From Opitutales bacterium (lineage in GTDB: Bacteria > Verrucomicrobiota > Verrucomicrobiia > Opitutales > UBA953), in assembly GCA_964201505.1 (NCBI GenBank), contig CAXNEN010000001.1:1-29813 (forward strand): a stretch of 29,813 bases of DNA, given 5' to 3'. The notes beneath the pieces were generated by a model that saw nothing but the letters and a program-made list of their open reading frames with translations, did not search any database and was not told where the DNA came from. This document shows positions 1-9,183 of this stretch, piece after piece; the stretch's first letter is position 1, and each line of letters opens with the position of its first letter. The position numbers were made by a program, and so were the translations under genes.

Positions 1-51
1 TCACGCCCGCCGGTCAGCTTCCTTGGCGGAACTGAGCGACGGCGCTTTCCT

Positions 52-125
52 TGGTGCGGGTAACCAGATTCGAACTGGTGTATCCACTTTGGAAGAGTGG
101 TGTCCTACCACTGAACGATACCCGC
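52..125 (-). tRNA. tRNA-Gly (anticodon TCC), CCA encoded
   Basis: Reverse complement reads GCGGGTATCGTTCAGTGGTAGGACACCACTCTTCCAAAGTGGATACACCAGTTCGAATCTGGTTACCCGCACCA: acceptor GCGGGTA/TACCCGC, anticodon stem CCACT/AGTGG with loop CT-TCC-AA, GTTCGAATC T-loop. Confidence 0.97.
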
Positions 126-141
126 GTGGCCAAGGACGCTC

Positions 142-170
142 ACTATTCCGAGCCGTTCGCCCGGGGTCAA
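142..170 (-). promoter_or_regulatory. Putative sigma70 promoter for tRNA-Gly
   Basis: Minus strand TTGACC (170-165), 17-bp spacer, AATAGT (147-142), just upstream of the tRNA 5' end at 125. The -10 match is only 4/6. Confidence 0.4.
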
Positions 171-254
171 GCCTCGCCCGTCGTCCGCCGGGGCGCCGCG
201 CAGGGCGATAGCGTTTGCGCTTCACGCAGGGCAGAGTTCCGTCATCCTGTGCCC

Positions 255-1439
255 ATGGCCCGCTCCGCTCGCCCCTTCGCCCCAGCCGTCCGCGACGTGC
301 TGATGATGGCGACCCCCTCCAAGAACGCCGACCTTCGCTGGTTCGGTGGTTTCCACGCCTCCGATCCGTTCCCGGCATTCTCCGCCAAGGGACGCCGCAT
401 CGGGCTTCTGCCCGGCATGGAAGTCGGGCGTGCCAAAGCTGAATCGGCTTTCGACGAAGTGCTCAACCTGACCGCCACCATCACCGATCTCCGCAAGACT
501 AACCCGAAGGCTGGCGTAGCTGACGCCATCGTCTTCGCCGCGCTCCAGCAGGGCATCCATCGCTTCCGCGTGCCGGCCGATTTCCCGGTGGGACTCTATG
601 AGCGCCTGCGCCAGCTCGGCCTCGAGCTCCATCCGGTCGGCGCCCAGCTCAACGAGCGCGGCTTACCTGAACTCTTCCCAGCTCGTCAGGTGAAGTCGAA
701 GGCGGAGCTCGCCGGCATCCGCGCGGGTAATGCCGCCGCGGTCGCGGGCTTCAAGGCCGTCGAGAAGGTGCTCGCGGAATCCAAGGCCGACAAGAAGGGC
801 TTCCTGCAGTGGCAGGGCCAGACGCTCACGGCCGAGATACTGAAGGAGGAAGCTCAAGTCGCCATTCTCCGCCAGGGCGGGCTATGCGATATCGGCCTCA
901 TCATCGCCCCGGGCGACCAGGCGGTCGATTGCCATTGCTCTGGCTCCGGCCCGATTCGCGCCCACGAACTCATCGTCTGCGACATCTATCCGCGCCACAT
1001 CGCCTCGCATCACTATGGCGATATGACGCGCACCTACCTCAAGGGGAAGGCGAACGCGAAGCAGCGTAAGATGGTCCACGCAGTCCTCGAATCCCAGCGT
1101 CGCGCAATCAAGGCCATCCGCGCCGGCGTGACGGGCGTCAAGGTGCACACGGTCGTGCAGGATTATTTCAAGTCGCTGGGTTATAAGACAGGCCTAGTGA
1201 AAGGAGTCTACGTGGGCTTCTTCCACGGCACGGGCCACGGGCTCGGCTACGATATCCACGAAGAGCCTGGGCTCTCCATCCGCAGCCCGCACCCGCTCAT
1301 CGCGGGCAATGCGGTCACGGTCGAACCAGGGCTATATTATCCCGGTATCGGCGGCTGCCGTTTCGAGGATTGTGTGGTGGTCACGAAGAAGGGCTGCGAG
1401 CTCCTTTCCTCCCATCCCTACAACTGGGAGATTGCCTGA
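255..1439 (+). CDS. Xaa-Pro aminopeptidase family (M24) metallopeptidase
   Basis: M24 metal-binding motifs CDIYPR, YGDMTRT, HGTGHGLGYDIHE, VTVEPGLY, GCRFED. The ORF-track start at 51 overlaps the tRNA, so ATG 255 is preferred (ATG 303/306 region also possible). Confidence 0.9.
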   Translation: MARSARPFAPAVRDVLMMATPSKNADLRWFGGFHASDPFPAFSAKGRRIGLLPGMEVGRAKAESAFDEVLNLTATITDLRKTNPKAGVADAIVFAALQQGIHRFRVPADFPVGLYERLRQLGLELHPVGAQLNERGLPELFPARQVKSKAELAGIRAGNAAAVAGFKAVEKVLAESKADKKGFLQWQGQTLTAEILKEEAQVAILRQGGLCDIGLIIAPGDQAVDCHCSGSGPIRAHELIVCDIYPRHIASHHYGDMTRTYLKGKANAKQRKMVHAVLESQRRAIKAIRAGVTGVKVHTVVQDYFKSLGYKTGLVKGVYVGFFHGTGHGLGYDIHEEPGLSIRSPHPLIAGNAVTVEPGLYYPGIGGCRFEDCVVVTKKGCELLSSHPYNWEIA

Positions 1440-1441
1440 GT

Positions 1442-1738
1442 ATGGTCCAAGGGCGGGGCAGGGCCGGGTCGCACACTTCGCTGACGGATGCGGCCCGTCC
1501 CGTGGCGGAAGCCCTCGAACGTTATGGCCGCGTCTCCCGCGGCGTCATCAGTGCGCGCGTCCGCGCGAGCACGCTTTCAATCAAGATTATGAAGATTGGC
1601 GGCGGACTGCGCATCACGGTCGTCTCCAAGGGCTCGCGCCAGGAACTCCATGTCTACGGCCTCACCGCGGAGCGGGCGGGCCAGATCTTATCGGGGCCGG
1701 ACTTTTCTGGCTACAAACTGAACTTCGCTGATGAGTGA
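1442..1738 (+). CDS. Small hypothetical protein, DUF2103-like
   Basis: 98 aa from ATG 1442, 2 nt after the peptidase stop; the stop overlaps the next start. Pattern HTS...RGVI...GGLRITVVSKGSRQELHV resembles DUF2103 from memory; not verified by HMM. Confidence 0.6.
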   Translation: MVQGRGRAGSHTSLTDAARPVAEALERYGRVSRGVISARVRASTLSIKIMKIGGGLRITVVSKGSRQELHVYGLTAERAGQILSGPDFSGYKLNFADE

Positions 1739-3203
1739 GGTCCCAGTCGTCATCGCTGAAGTCACGGCTGCCGACTGGTCTGACGCCGGCACGGGCTGGA
1801 CGCACCTACCGTACCTTGCGCGCTTTCGCGCCGACCGTCTCCCGCTTTCGTGGGAAGGCTTCTTCACCGGCCGTCATCATGCGGTGCTGGAAAGCGGCCG
1901 CTCCGGCAGCCTGACGATTGCGGTCCCCGCCGCCGCCCGCACGACGGTCTTCTTCGCCAATGGACGCGTGGTTATGCACGCCGCCGATGGCGCCCATGAA
2001 GAGGCTACCGAACAACCGCTCGCTTACCTTCGTCGCTGGTCGCGCGAAGTCCGCGCCCCGCGCCTGGCCGGCTGGCCAGTTTTCCAGGGCGGCCTGATCA
2101 CCCTCTTGGGCTATGAGCTTGCCGCGCAGTTCGAGCCAGTGAAGTCCGCGCCGGCTGACGTCCTGACGCCCCTCGCGGCTTTCCTCGAGGCACATGAGGC
2201 TTGTGTCTTCGACGCCGCGAAGCGCGAGCTAACCGTCGTCGTGCTTTGTCCCGTCGGCTCGCCGAACTCCGCTCTCCGCGCCGCCCGCGCCCGTGCCCTC
2301 GATCTCGCCGCCCGTTGGGATGCCGCTTGCGCGCAACCAGCGGCCTCGCTGCCTCCGGCCGACATCCCGTCGGCACCCCTCGCGCAATCGCTCGATGAGC
2401 CCGCTTTCATCCGTGCTGTTGAGCGATGCTTGGATTACATCGGCGCCGGGGATACTTATCAGGTCAATCTTTCCACGCGCCTCGAGGTGCCACCGGTTGA
2501 TGCGACGTTGGCCTACGAAATCCTGCGGACGGCGAATCCTTCGCCCTACATGGGTCTGGTCCGCCTGCCGGGAGCGACGCTCGTCTGCGGTTCACCAGAG
2601 CTACTGGTCGAGGTCTCGGAGGGCCGGATTGCATCCCGTCCAATCGCTGGCACCCGACCGCGCGGGGCCGATGAGGTCGCCGACCTAGCTTGGGCGCAGG
2701 AACTTTCCGGCGACACGAAGGAGAAGGCCGAACACCTGATGCTCGTTGATTTGCTGCGTAACGACGTCGGGCGCGTCGCGCGGCCGGGTACGGTTCGCGT
2801 GCCAGAGTTCATGGCAATCGAGCGCTATTCGCACGTGATGCATCTCGTCTCACAGGTCGAAGGCGTTCTCCAGGCTTCCGCCGGCCCGGCCGACGTCATC
2901 CGCGCGCTCTTCCCAGGTGGCACCGTCACGGGTGCGCCGAAGGTCCGGACGATGCAGGTCATTGCCGAACTCGAGCCAGTCGCGCGTGGCTATTATACTG
3001 GCTCGCTTGGCTGGATCGGTGCTTCCGGCGATCTCTGTCTCAATATCATCATCCGCTCCCTCTGGTCCGCTGAAGCGCGCACCTTCATCCAGGCCGGGGC
3101 CGGTATCGTCGCCGATTCCATTCCCGCTCACGAATACGCCGAAAGCCTACGCAAGGCCCAGGCCCCATTGCTGGCTGCCGCGCGCGCGGCACTCCGTCCA
3201 TGA
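1731..3203 (+). CDS. pabB: Chorismate-binding enzyme, aminodeoxychorismate synthase / anthranilate synthase component I
   Basis: GDTYQVNLS, NPSPY, SPELL, RPIAGTRPRG, KEKAEHLMLVDLLRNDVGRV, YSHVMHLVS, FPGGTVTGAPK, RGYYTG, IIIRS, QAGAGIVADS. The adjacent class IV aminotransferase favours pabB over trpE. Confidence 0.85.
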   Translation: MSEVPVVIAEVTAADWSDAGTGWTHLPYLARFRADRLPLSWEGFFTGRHHAVLESGRSGSLTIAVPAAARTTVFFANGRVVMHAADGAHEEATEQPLAYLRRWSREVRAPRLAGWPVFQGGLITLLGYELAAQFEPVKSAPADVLTPLAAFLEAHEACVFDAAKRELTVVVLCPVGSPNSALRAARARALDLAARWDAACAQPAASLPPADIPSAPLAQSLDEPAFIRAVERCLDYIGAGDTYQVNLSTRLEVPPVDATLAYEILRTANPSPYMGLVRLPGATLVCGSPELLVEVSEGRIASRPIAGTRPRGADEVADLAWAQELSGDTKEKAEHLMLVDLLRNDVGRVARPGTVRVPEFMAIERYSHVMHLVSQVEGVLQASAGPADVIRALFPGGTVTGAPKVRTMQVIAELEPVARGYYTGSLGWIGASGDLCLNIIIRSLWSAEARTFIQAGAGIVADSIPAHEYAESLRKAQAPLLAAARAALRP

Positions 3204-4057
3204 TTGGCTGGCGCCAAGGCGAATGGGTCACGCTACCTGACGGTGCCGAGGTCTCCGCCCTTGTCCCCGGCCCGTCGCTCTTCGAGACGTTTGCCTTACG
3301 CGCGGGTCGCATCGCGTGCCTTACGGATCATTTGGATCGCCTCGCCCTCGGTTGTCCCCGCCTCGGCCTCGTTTCGACTCGTCTCATGCTCGGCGCGGAT
3401 GCGGATGTGGCGCGCTGGTCCGCCCCGCTCGGCGGCTTGCTTGGGCGCAATACGTTAACGAATGCGATTGTCCGACTGCTCGTGGCTCCGCGCGGCGACG
3501 GCCTTGCCACGGAATGGCTCACGGTTCGGCCGTTGCCGGCCACACCTTCGGCAATCGACCTCTATCAGCTCAGCCTCTGGCGGGATGCGCCCGAATGGCT
3601 GCCACGCCCGAAGAGCGGACCGTGGAAGAATTCCGCGGACGCCTGGCGCGAGCTTCGCGCCCTCGCCGATCGGCCGGACGCCGAGGGCGTCCAGTTCGAT
3701 GCGCGGGGTTGCCTTAGCGAAGGCGTGCGTAGCTCTTTGGCTTGGTGGGACGGCGCCTGCTGGAATTTTCCTTCAGTCGAGACGGGCCGGCTACCTGGTA
3801 CGGCGGCGGCGCAGCTTCGCGGCGTGCTCGCTCAGGCTGGCCGCCCCGTCCGTGATGTCTCTTGGCCTGGTTTTCCGGCGAATGCTCTATCGGTATTGGT
3901 GCTCCGTTCGACGTTCGACGACGGCGCGGTTCCCGCGCGTTCCTATCACGCCGAGGGCAGACTGACGTGGCAGCCGAGCGGTCCGCAGGTTGAAGCAACG
4001 CGGGCCCTTGCCCTGCTCGCCGCGTGGCGGGCTCAGCGCTGCATGAGCTTCGCGTAG
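3200..4057 (+). CDS. PLP-dependent aminotransferase class IV, divergent 4-amino-4-deoxychorismate lyase-like
   Basis: LFETFAL, DHLDRL, candidate PLP lysine in PKSGPW, SEGVRSSL, GRLPGT. ATGA overlap with the pabB-like gene. Confidence 0.75.
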   Translation: MIGWRQGEWVTLPDGAEVSALVPGPSLFETFALRAGRIACLTDHLDRLALGCPRLGLVSTRLMLGADADVARWSAPLGGLLGRNTLTNAIVRLLVAPRGDGLATEWLTVRPLPATPSAIDLYQLSLWRDAPEWLPRPKSGPWKNSADAWRELRALADRPDAEGVQFDARGCLSEGVRSSLAWWDGACWNFPSVETGRLPGTAAAQLRGVLAQAGRPVRDVSWPGFPANALSVLVLRSTFDDGAVPARSYHAEGRLTWQPSGPQVEATRALALLAAWRAQRCMSFA

Positions 4058-4413
4058 ACTGGCAAAGCGGTCGCGAGCACTAGCAGGCCGAGGAAGACAA
4101 CACTCACCAAGGCGGAAAAGCAGGTCGCGACGAGTAACTTGGCAATCCGCACGACCGGGTCCTCATCCTTACGCAAGTGAGCGCGCGCTGCGTAGGTGGT
4201 GATGGCGAGGCCGACGACGAGTAGGGTCACCAAGACGGCGCCGAAGTGGTTGAAGTAGAGTCCGGTCAAACCAGGCAGGGCGCCGTCCTCGCCGGTGATC
4301 GTCGCCACGAGGATGGGTTGGGAACGAAAGGCGATTGCGCCAGCGGCGGCGGGGAGGGTGGCGGTCAGGAACACGGCCAAGGCGGAGACGATTTGGAGCT
4401 CGTGAGGGGTCAT
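4033..4413 (-). CDS. Hypothetical membrane protein (about 3 TM segments)
   Basis: 126 aa from ATG 4413 (MTPHELQIVSALAVFL...), three hydrophobic stretches; fills the gap between flanking genes, with a short convergent overlap with the pabC-like gene. Confidence 0.6.
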   Translation of the reverse strand: MTPHELQIVSALAVFLTATLPAAAGAIAFRSQPILVATITGEDGALPGLTGLYFNHFGAVLVTLLVVGLAITTYAARAHLRKDEDPVVRIAKLLVATCFSALVSVVFLGLLVLATALPVYAKLMQR

Positions 4414-4500
4414 GAGTTGAGTATTCCCAGCCCTGCTGGCAGGGTCAATGTTGGGATTATCCCTCGCCAAACTCGGCGGTTCGTCCTACGGAAGGTGGAC

Positions 4501-5598
4501 ATGGACTCCGCTTGGTATCTCTGGCCGGTCTTCGTTCTCCTCAACGGCAGTGCGGCCGGGATTGCGCTCGTCGCCGGGGTGGTCTCAGCCCTTTCGCATA
4601 CCGAGCTGGAAGATCTCCGCCGGCAGGACGCCAAGGCCGCGGTCTCGATCGAACGGTCGCGCGGCGACCAAGGGAACACCCTTGCCGCCTTCGAGGTGCT
4701 CTCCGGGGCCTTCGTCGGCATGAGCGCTTTGCTGGGCGGCATCCTTCTTGGCTCACGGTTCCTGGAGCGCATGTCCGAGAGCTGGCCGGTCGCCGTCCTC
4801 ACGGCCCTCGCCTTCATCGCAGTCTCCTTCGTGATGGCCTGGCTGACGATTATGCTTCCGCGTAAGGTGGGCATGCACTTCCGCGTCACCCTGGCCCCGC
4901 GCATCGCCTCTTCACTCAAGCTCGTCCGTGGCGCCGCGAAGATTCTTCGGACCTTTGGCAAACTGCATGACTCGCTTGCGCCGCCAGAGGAGCCGGGCGT
5001 CGATCGCGCCGATGCCGATATCGGCAGTCTCGCCCAAGCCGCCGCCCGCGAAGGCAAGATCACGCAAGCGGAGAGCAACCTCGTGGCCAACGCCGTCCGG
5101 CTGGACGACATCCCCGTCTCGCATGTCCTAACGCCCCGCCCGGTCGTGACCTCCATCGAGGCCGACCTCACGGTCGCCGACGTCCTCCGCCTTTACCCGA
5201 CCGTGCCGCATGGCCGCATGCCGGTCTGGGAGCAGAATCCTGATCGCATTGTCGGGGTTGTGCGCCGTCGCGACATCTTGAAGGCCGCCGGCGAGAACCG
5301 TCGCGAGATCCGGATCCGCGAACTTATGGGCAAGGCGCACATCGTGCCCGAGAGCGCCACGCTTTCCGACGCTCTGCATGATCTCGTCCGCGCCCACCAG
5401 CACCTCGCGGTGGTGGTCGATGAGTTCGGCGCCTTCGCCGGCGTGATCACGCTCGAAGATGTGTTTGAATCGCTGCTGGGTATCGAAATCTACGAAAAGG
5501 ACGACCCGCACCCCGATATGCGTGAGCTGGCTCGCCAGCGCGGCCACCGCGTCGGTCGTCGCCCCGGCTCGGAGACTCCGCCCAAGGCTGGAACATGA
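4501..5598 (+). CDS. CNNM (DUF21) transmembrane + CBS-pair protein, hemolysin/CorC-like
   Basis: N-terminal hydrophobic helices, LPRKVG, then VLTPRPVV, HGRMPVWE, IVPES, HLAVVVDEFGAFAGVITLEDVFESLLGIEIYE. Start set at ATG 4501. Confidence 0.85.
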   Translation: MDSAWYLWPVFVLLNGSAAGIALVAGVVSALSHTELEDLRRQDAKAAVSIERSRGDQGNTLAAFEVLSGAFVGMSALLGGILLGSRFLERMSESWPVAVLTALAFIAVSFVMAWLTIMLPRKVGMHFRVTLAPRIASSLKLVRGAAKILRTFGKLHDSLAPPEEPGVDRADADIGSLAQAAAREGKITQAESNLVANAVRLDDIPVSHVLTPRPVVTSIEADLTVADVLRLYPTVPHGRMPVWEQNPDRIVGVVRRRDILKAAGENRREIRIRELMGKAHIVPESATLSDALHDLVRAHQHLAVVVDEFGAFAGVITLEDVFESLLGIEIYEKDDPHPDMRELARQRGHRVGRRPGSETPPKAGT

Positions 5599-6398
5599 TC
5601 GCCGCCGCGCTCGCTTACTGGACCCACGACCTCGATCCGGTCGCGATTCATTTCCCGGATAGCTGGGGCTTGCGCGGTGTGCATTGGTACGGGCTCGCCT
5701 ACGCGGCGGGCTTCATGGCCGCAGCTTATCTCCTCGGCCGCTGGCGCCGCGCGGGGCTCACGCCTTTGCGCGGAGCGCTCGACGAATCCACGCTAATCAC
5801 CGCGGTGATGGTGGGCGTCATCACCGGCGGCCGCCTGGGCCACGTCTTCCTTTATGCCCGCGATGAGTTCGCGGCGGATCCGATGATGGTCTTCCGGATC
5901 TGGCAGGGCGGGATGGCCAGCCATGGCGGCTTCCTCGGCGTGCTCCTCGCGGGCGTCTGGTTCGCTCGTCGCGCCAAGACTGATTTCTTCGCTGTGGGCG
6001 ATTTGCTCTGCGCCTTGGCGCCTGCCGGCCTCCTCTTCGGTCGTCTCGCCAACTTCGTGAATGGCGAATTGGTGGGTAATCCGTCTACGGTCGCCTGGGC
6101 GGTGATCTTCCCACATGACGGCCCGATGCCTCGCCACCCGTCGCAGCTTTACGAGGCGTTCGGGGAGGGCCTGTTGCCGCTCCTCTGGGTGCTCATCCGC
6201 TACCCGCGCCGCCTGCCGCCGGGGCGTCTCGCCGGTGAATTTCTCCTGCTCTACTCCGCCGGACGGATCGCCAGCGAGTGCTTCCGCTCCGCTGAGGATG
6301 GTCATGTGCTCGGGCTCACCGCTGGTCAGTTCTGGACGTTGCCACTCGCGGCGCTTGGGCTTTTCCTAATCTTTCGCTCCCGTCGCGCGGCTGAATGA
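5595..6398 (+). CDS. lgt: Prolipoprotein diacylglyceryl transferase
   Basis: HWYGLAY, GGRLGHVF, WQGGMASHGG, GRLANFVNGEL, HPSQLYEA are Lgt signature motifs. Confidence 0.95.
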   Translation: MIAAALAYWTHDLDPVAIHFPDSWGLRGVHWYGLAYAAGFMAAAYLLGRWRRAGLTPLRGALDESTLITAVMVGVITGGRLGHVFLYARDEFAADPMMVFRIWQGGMASHGGFLGVLLAGVWFARRAKTDFFAVGDLLCALAPAGLLFGRLANFVNGELVGNPSTVAWAVIFPHDGPMPRHPSQLYEAFGEGLLPLLWVLIRYPRRLPPGRLAGEFLLLYSAGRIASECFRSAEDGHVLGLTAGQFWTLPLAALGLFLIFRSRRAAE

Positions 6399-6440
6399 TG
6401 TTGCCCGTGTGGGCGGACGGTGGGAAAACTCCCTTGCGCC

Positions 6441-7604
6441 ATGACGAACGTCCCGCTCCTTGATCTCGGCCCGCAGAACCGCGCCCTCGAGGGCCAGTTC
6501 GAGACCGCCTTCCGCGATGTCCTTCGCTCGAATATGTTCATCATGGGCCCCCGGCTCGAGGCCTTTGAGAAGGACTGCGCCACTTTCCTCGGGGTAAAGC
6601 ATGCCTTCGGCGTCTCCTCCGGCACTGATGCGCTCCTGCTCGCGCTCATGGCACTCGATATCGGTGAAGGCGACGAGGTTCTCCTGCCATCCTTTACCTT
6701 CTTCGCCACCGCAGGTTCTGTGGCCCGTCTCGGCGCGACCCCGGTCTGGGTCGACGTCGATCCGCACACCTTTAATATCGACCTCGCGGATGCTGCCCGG
6801 AAGGTCGGTCCGTGCACCCGTGCAATCATGCCGGTGTACCTCTTCGGCCAGTCTCTCAATCTCGACGATCTCCAGGCGTTCGCCTCCGCCCATAAGCTTC
6901 GCGTGATCGAGGATGCCGCCCAGTCTATGGGCGCCCGCTGGAAAGGCCGCGCCACGATGTCGTCCGGGGACTTCGGCGCCACGAGCTTCTTCCCGTCCAA
7001 GAACCTCGGCGGCATGGGCGATTCGGGCCTTGTCACCACGCAGGACGATGCGCTCGCCGAGCGAGCGCGCATCCTCCGCGTCCACGGCATGCAGCCAAAA
7101 TATTTCCATCGCGAGGTTGGGGCAAATTTCCGGATGGATCCGCTGCAGGCGGCGCTCCTGCACATCAAGCTGCCGCACCTGCCGGAGTATAACTGCGCAC
7201 GTGCGGGCAACGCCAACTTCTACCACGCCGCACTCAAGGGCGCGGCCGGCGTCACCGAGAACCGTCCCGGCGCCGACAAGGCGGCAAAAATCCTCTTACC
7301 GGTCGACTTCTCCGGTCAGGGCATCTGGAACCAGTTCACGTTGCGCGTACCGGGTGGCCGCCGTGACGCGCTCAAGGCTTTCCTTACCGCCCGCAAGATT
7401 GGCTGCGAAATCTACTACCCGATCCCGCTCCATCGCCAGCAGTGCTTCGTGGACCAGAAATATCGCGGCTTCGATAGCGTACCGGTCTCCGAACGGCTTT
7501 CCGCCGAAGTGCTCAGCATCCCAATCTTCCCCGAAATCCTCCCCGAACAGCGTCAGTGGGTCGCTGATTCGCTCGCCGATTTCGCCGCTGGGAAGAGTGA
7601 GTGA
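6441..7604 (+). CDS. DegT/DnrJ/EryC1/StrS family nucleotide-sugar aminotransferase
   Basis: SSGTDAL, PSFTFFATA, IMPVYLFGQ, IEDAAQS, SFFPSKNLGGMGDSG (PLP lysine), NFRMDPLQAA, YYPIPLH. Confidence 0.92.
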   Translation: MTNVPLLDLGPQNRALEGQFETAFRDVLRSNMFIMGPRLEAFEKDCATFLGVKHAFGVSSGTDALLLALMALDIGEGDEVLLPSFTFFATAGSVARLGATPVWVDVDPHTFNIDLADAARKVGPCTRAIMPVYLFGQSLNLDDLQAFASAHKLRVIEDAAQSMGARWKGRATMSSGDFGATSFFPSKNLGGMGDSGLVTTQDDALAERARILRVHGMQPKYFHREVGANFRMDPLQAALLHIKLPHLPEYNCARAGNANFYHAALKGAAGVTENRPGADKAAKILLPVDFSGQGIWNQFTLRVPGGRRDALKAFLTARKIGCEIYYPIPLHRQQCFVDQKYRGFDSVPVSERLSAEVLSIPIFPEILPEQRQWVADSLADFAAGKSE

Positions 7605-7636
7605 CGAAGGGGCAGTCTATCCGCGCTTTGTCTTGG

Positions 7637-7661
7637 GTAGGGCGGGCTCTCCGAGCCCGCC
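7637..7661 (+). repeat. Single GTAG-type REP palindrome between convergent genes
   Basis: GTAG foot followed by GGCGGGCTC-TCC-GAGCCCGCC, a perfect 9-bp stem. Confidence 0.75.
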
Positions 7662-7677
7662 GGAGAGCTACGTTATC

Positions 7678-8013
7678 TTAGAAAAACCGAACCGTCTTGA
7701 TCCGCATTTTCTCGTGTTCGGCGTCGGTGCACGGGGCGTCGATTGGTACGGCGGGAGCCTTGTCGTTCGGGACCACGAACTTGTTCGCGAGTAGATACTG
7801 TTCGACCTCGGCGCCAGAAATATCGGGCAGCATGACGCCGGCGATTTCAACGCAGGGGGAAAGGCGTTGACCGCTCTTCTCGACCATCTCGGCGTAGTTC
7901 GCCGGATTATTAATGATGTCCACGTCCTGGTAGTTCAGGGCGTACTTCGCCATGATGGCGCGCACGCCATTACTCCAGCCACAACTGGGTTTGAGGTAAC
8001 AACGGATATCCAT
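7678..8013 (-). CDS. Glutaredoxin-like protein (monothiol CGWS)
   Basis: YLKPSCGWS at the N-terminus, SGQRLSPCVEI cis-Pro region; thioredoxin-fold spacing. Confidence 0.8.
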   Translation of the reverse strand: MDIRCYLKPSCGWSNGVRAIMAKYALNYQDVDIINNPANYAEMVEKSGQRLSPCVEIAGVMLPDISGAEVEQYLLANKFVVPNDKAPAVPIDAPCTDAEHEKMRIKTVRFF

Positions 8014-8044
8014 AGCCGTACCAATGCCTGCCTTCGGCTAGTAA

Positions 8045-8818
8045 TCAAGCCCGGCGACCTTTTGGGGCTGCCTTTTCCTCGGCGGCTCGCGTCGCTGGCT
8101 CGTACCAGTAACCGATCCCGTGAATCGTCCGCAGGCACTCCAGGGATTTACCGTGGGCGGCGTAGGCATCGCGGATTTTAGCGATATATTGGTCGAGCGA
8201 GCGGCTGCGGATGTCGGCATGCACACCCCAGACGGCGTGGATTAGGCTGTGCCGGCTAATGATGACGCCCGGATTTGCGTGTAGGTGATAGAGGATGCCG
8301 AGCTCTTTGCGACCCAGCTTGCGGGTCTTGTTGCCGGCGAAGACGATCTCGAGCCGCTCTGGATGGACCTCGGCTCCGTTGAAGATGAAGATGTCGGTCC
8401 CGAGCGCCGCGTTGTCCGTGAGGCGGCTATCGCCAGAGGTCTCGCTGCGGCGGAGTACGGCCCGGATGCGCGCGACGAGCTCCTCGGGATGGTGCGGCTT
8501 GCCGATGAAGTCATCAGCTCCGGCCTCGAGCGCTTGCGCGACATGCTTACCGTCGCGCTGCGCTGAGAGGAAAATCACGGGGGGCGAATGGCTCATCCGG
8601 CGTATCGTGTCCAGCACCGCGAGCCCATCCAGATCAGGCAGACTGGGGTCGAGCAAGACCAGATGGACATAGGATTCCCCTACAAACTTAAGCGCGGTGG
8701 CGCCCTTGTGAAAGACTTGGGTGGAAAGGCCGGCGGTCAGGAGATCGTCTGCGAGCGAGGCCGCGAGGCTACGATCGTCTTCGATGATGACCACCAGTGG
8801 CTTCTGCTTGGGGCTCAT
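8045..8818 (-). CDS. OmpR/PhoB-family response regulator
   Basis: Receiver motifs IIEDD, LVLLDPSLPDLDG, AGADDFIGKP; winged-HTH tail KELGILYHL...VWG...RSLDQYIAKIR...RTIHGIGY. Confidence 0.92.
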   Translation of the reverse strand: MSPKQKPLVVIIEDDRSLAASLADDLLTAGLSTQVFHKGATALKFVGESYVHLVLLDPSLPDLDGLAVLDTIRRMSHSPPVIFLSAQRDGKHVAQALEAGADDFIGKPHHPEELVARIRAVLRRSETSGDSRLTDNAALGTDIFIFNGAEVHPERLEIVFAGNKTRKLGRKELGILYHLHANPGVIISRHSLIHAVWGVHADIRSRSLDQYIAKIRDAYAAHGKSLECLRTIHGIGYWYEPATRAAEEKAAPKGRRA

Positions 8819-8915
8819 GCAGAATCAGAGGAGGGGGGTAAGACTAGGGGTAATCACATATGTAAAAAATCCCCCGAGGTTGCCAAGCCTCATTAAATGC
8901 TTCACTGTAATTGAT

Positions 8916-9098
8916 ATGAGTGATGCCCCCGAGCCCTCCTCCCGGCGTAAGCTGACGGTCCGGATTTTCTTGGTCCTGTTCGTGGCGTCCGCGATCTTCA
9001 TGTCTTGGTTCGGGGTTAAGCAGCAGCGGCTGCATGGCCCGAAATCCGACGGCAAGGCCAAGGACCCCTACGAAGATCGCAGTCTGTTCGGCCGCTGA
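8916..9098 (+). CDS. Small single-pass membrane protein (60 aa), hypothetical
   Basis: MSDAPEPSSRRKLTVRIFLVLFVASAIFMSWFGVKQQ...: basic residues then one hydrophobic helix; GC-rich third positions; divergent from the regulator across an AT-rich gap. Confidence 0.55.
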   Translation: MSDAPEPSSRRKLTVRIFLVLFVASAIFMSWFGVKQQRLHGPKSDGKAKDPYEDRSLFGR

Positions 9099-9138
9099 TC
9101 TGTCCGCAAAGGGGTGGGCAGGGTATTTTTCAAAAATC

Positions 9139-9166
9139 TTGACCAGAAGGCCTTCGTTCCTAAATT
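9139..9166 (+). promoter_or_regulatory. Putative sigma70 promoter for tRNA-Glu
   Basis: TTGACC (9139-9144), 16-bp spacer, TAAATT (9161-9166), preceded by an A/T tract (TATTTTTCAAAAATC) resembling an UP element. Confidence 0.55.
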
Positions 9167-9183
9167 CCTCACTTCCACCGACC

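Noticed and set aside
1-50. Rho-independent terminator downstream of tRNA-Gly
   Set aside because: An imperfect stem is present, but there is no convincing U-tract on the minus strand within the window.
51-254. N-terminal extension of the M24 peptidase to position 51
   Set aside because: It overlaps the antisense tRNA-Gly and its promoter; the translation is just the tRNA reverse complement.
3200-3211. Start of the pabC-like gene (ATGATTGGCTGG) equals 12 nt of the C-motif reverse complement
   Set aside because: The match ends after 12 bp, lies in a normal ATGA gene overlap, and is compatible with chance.
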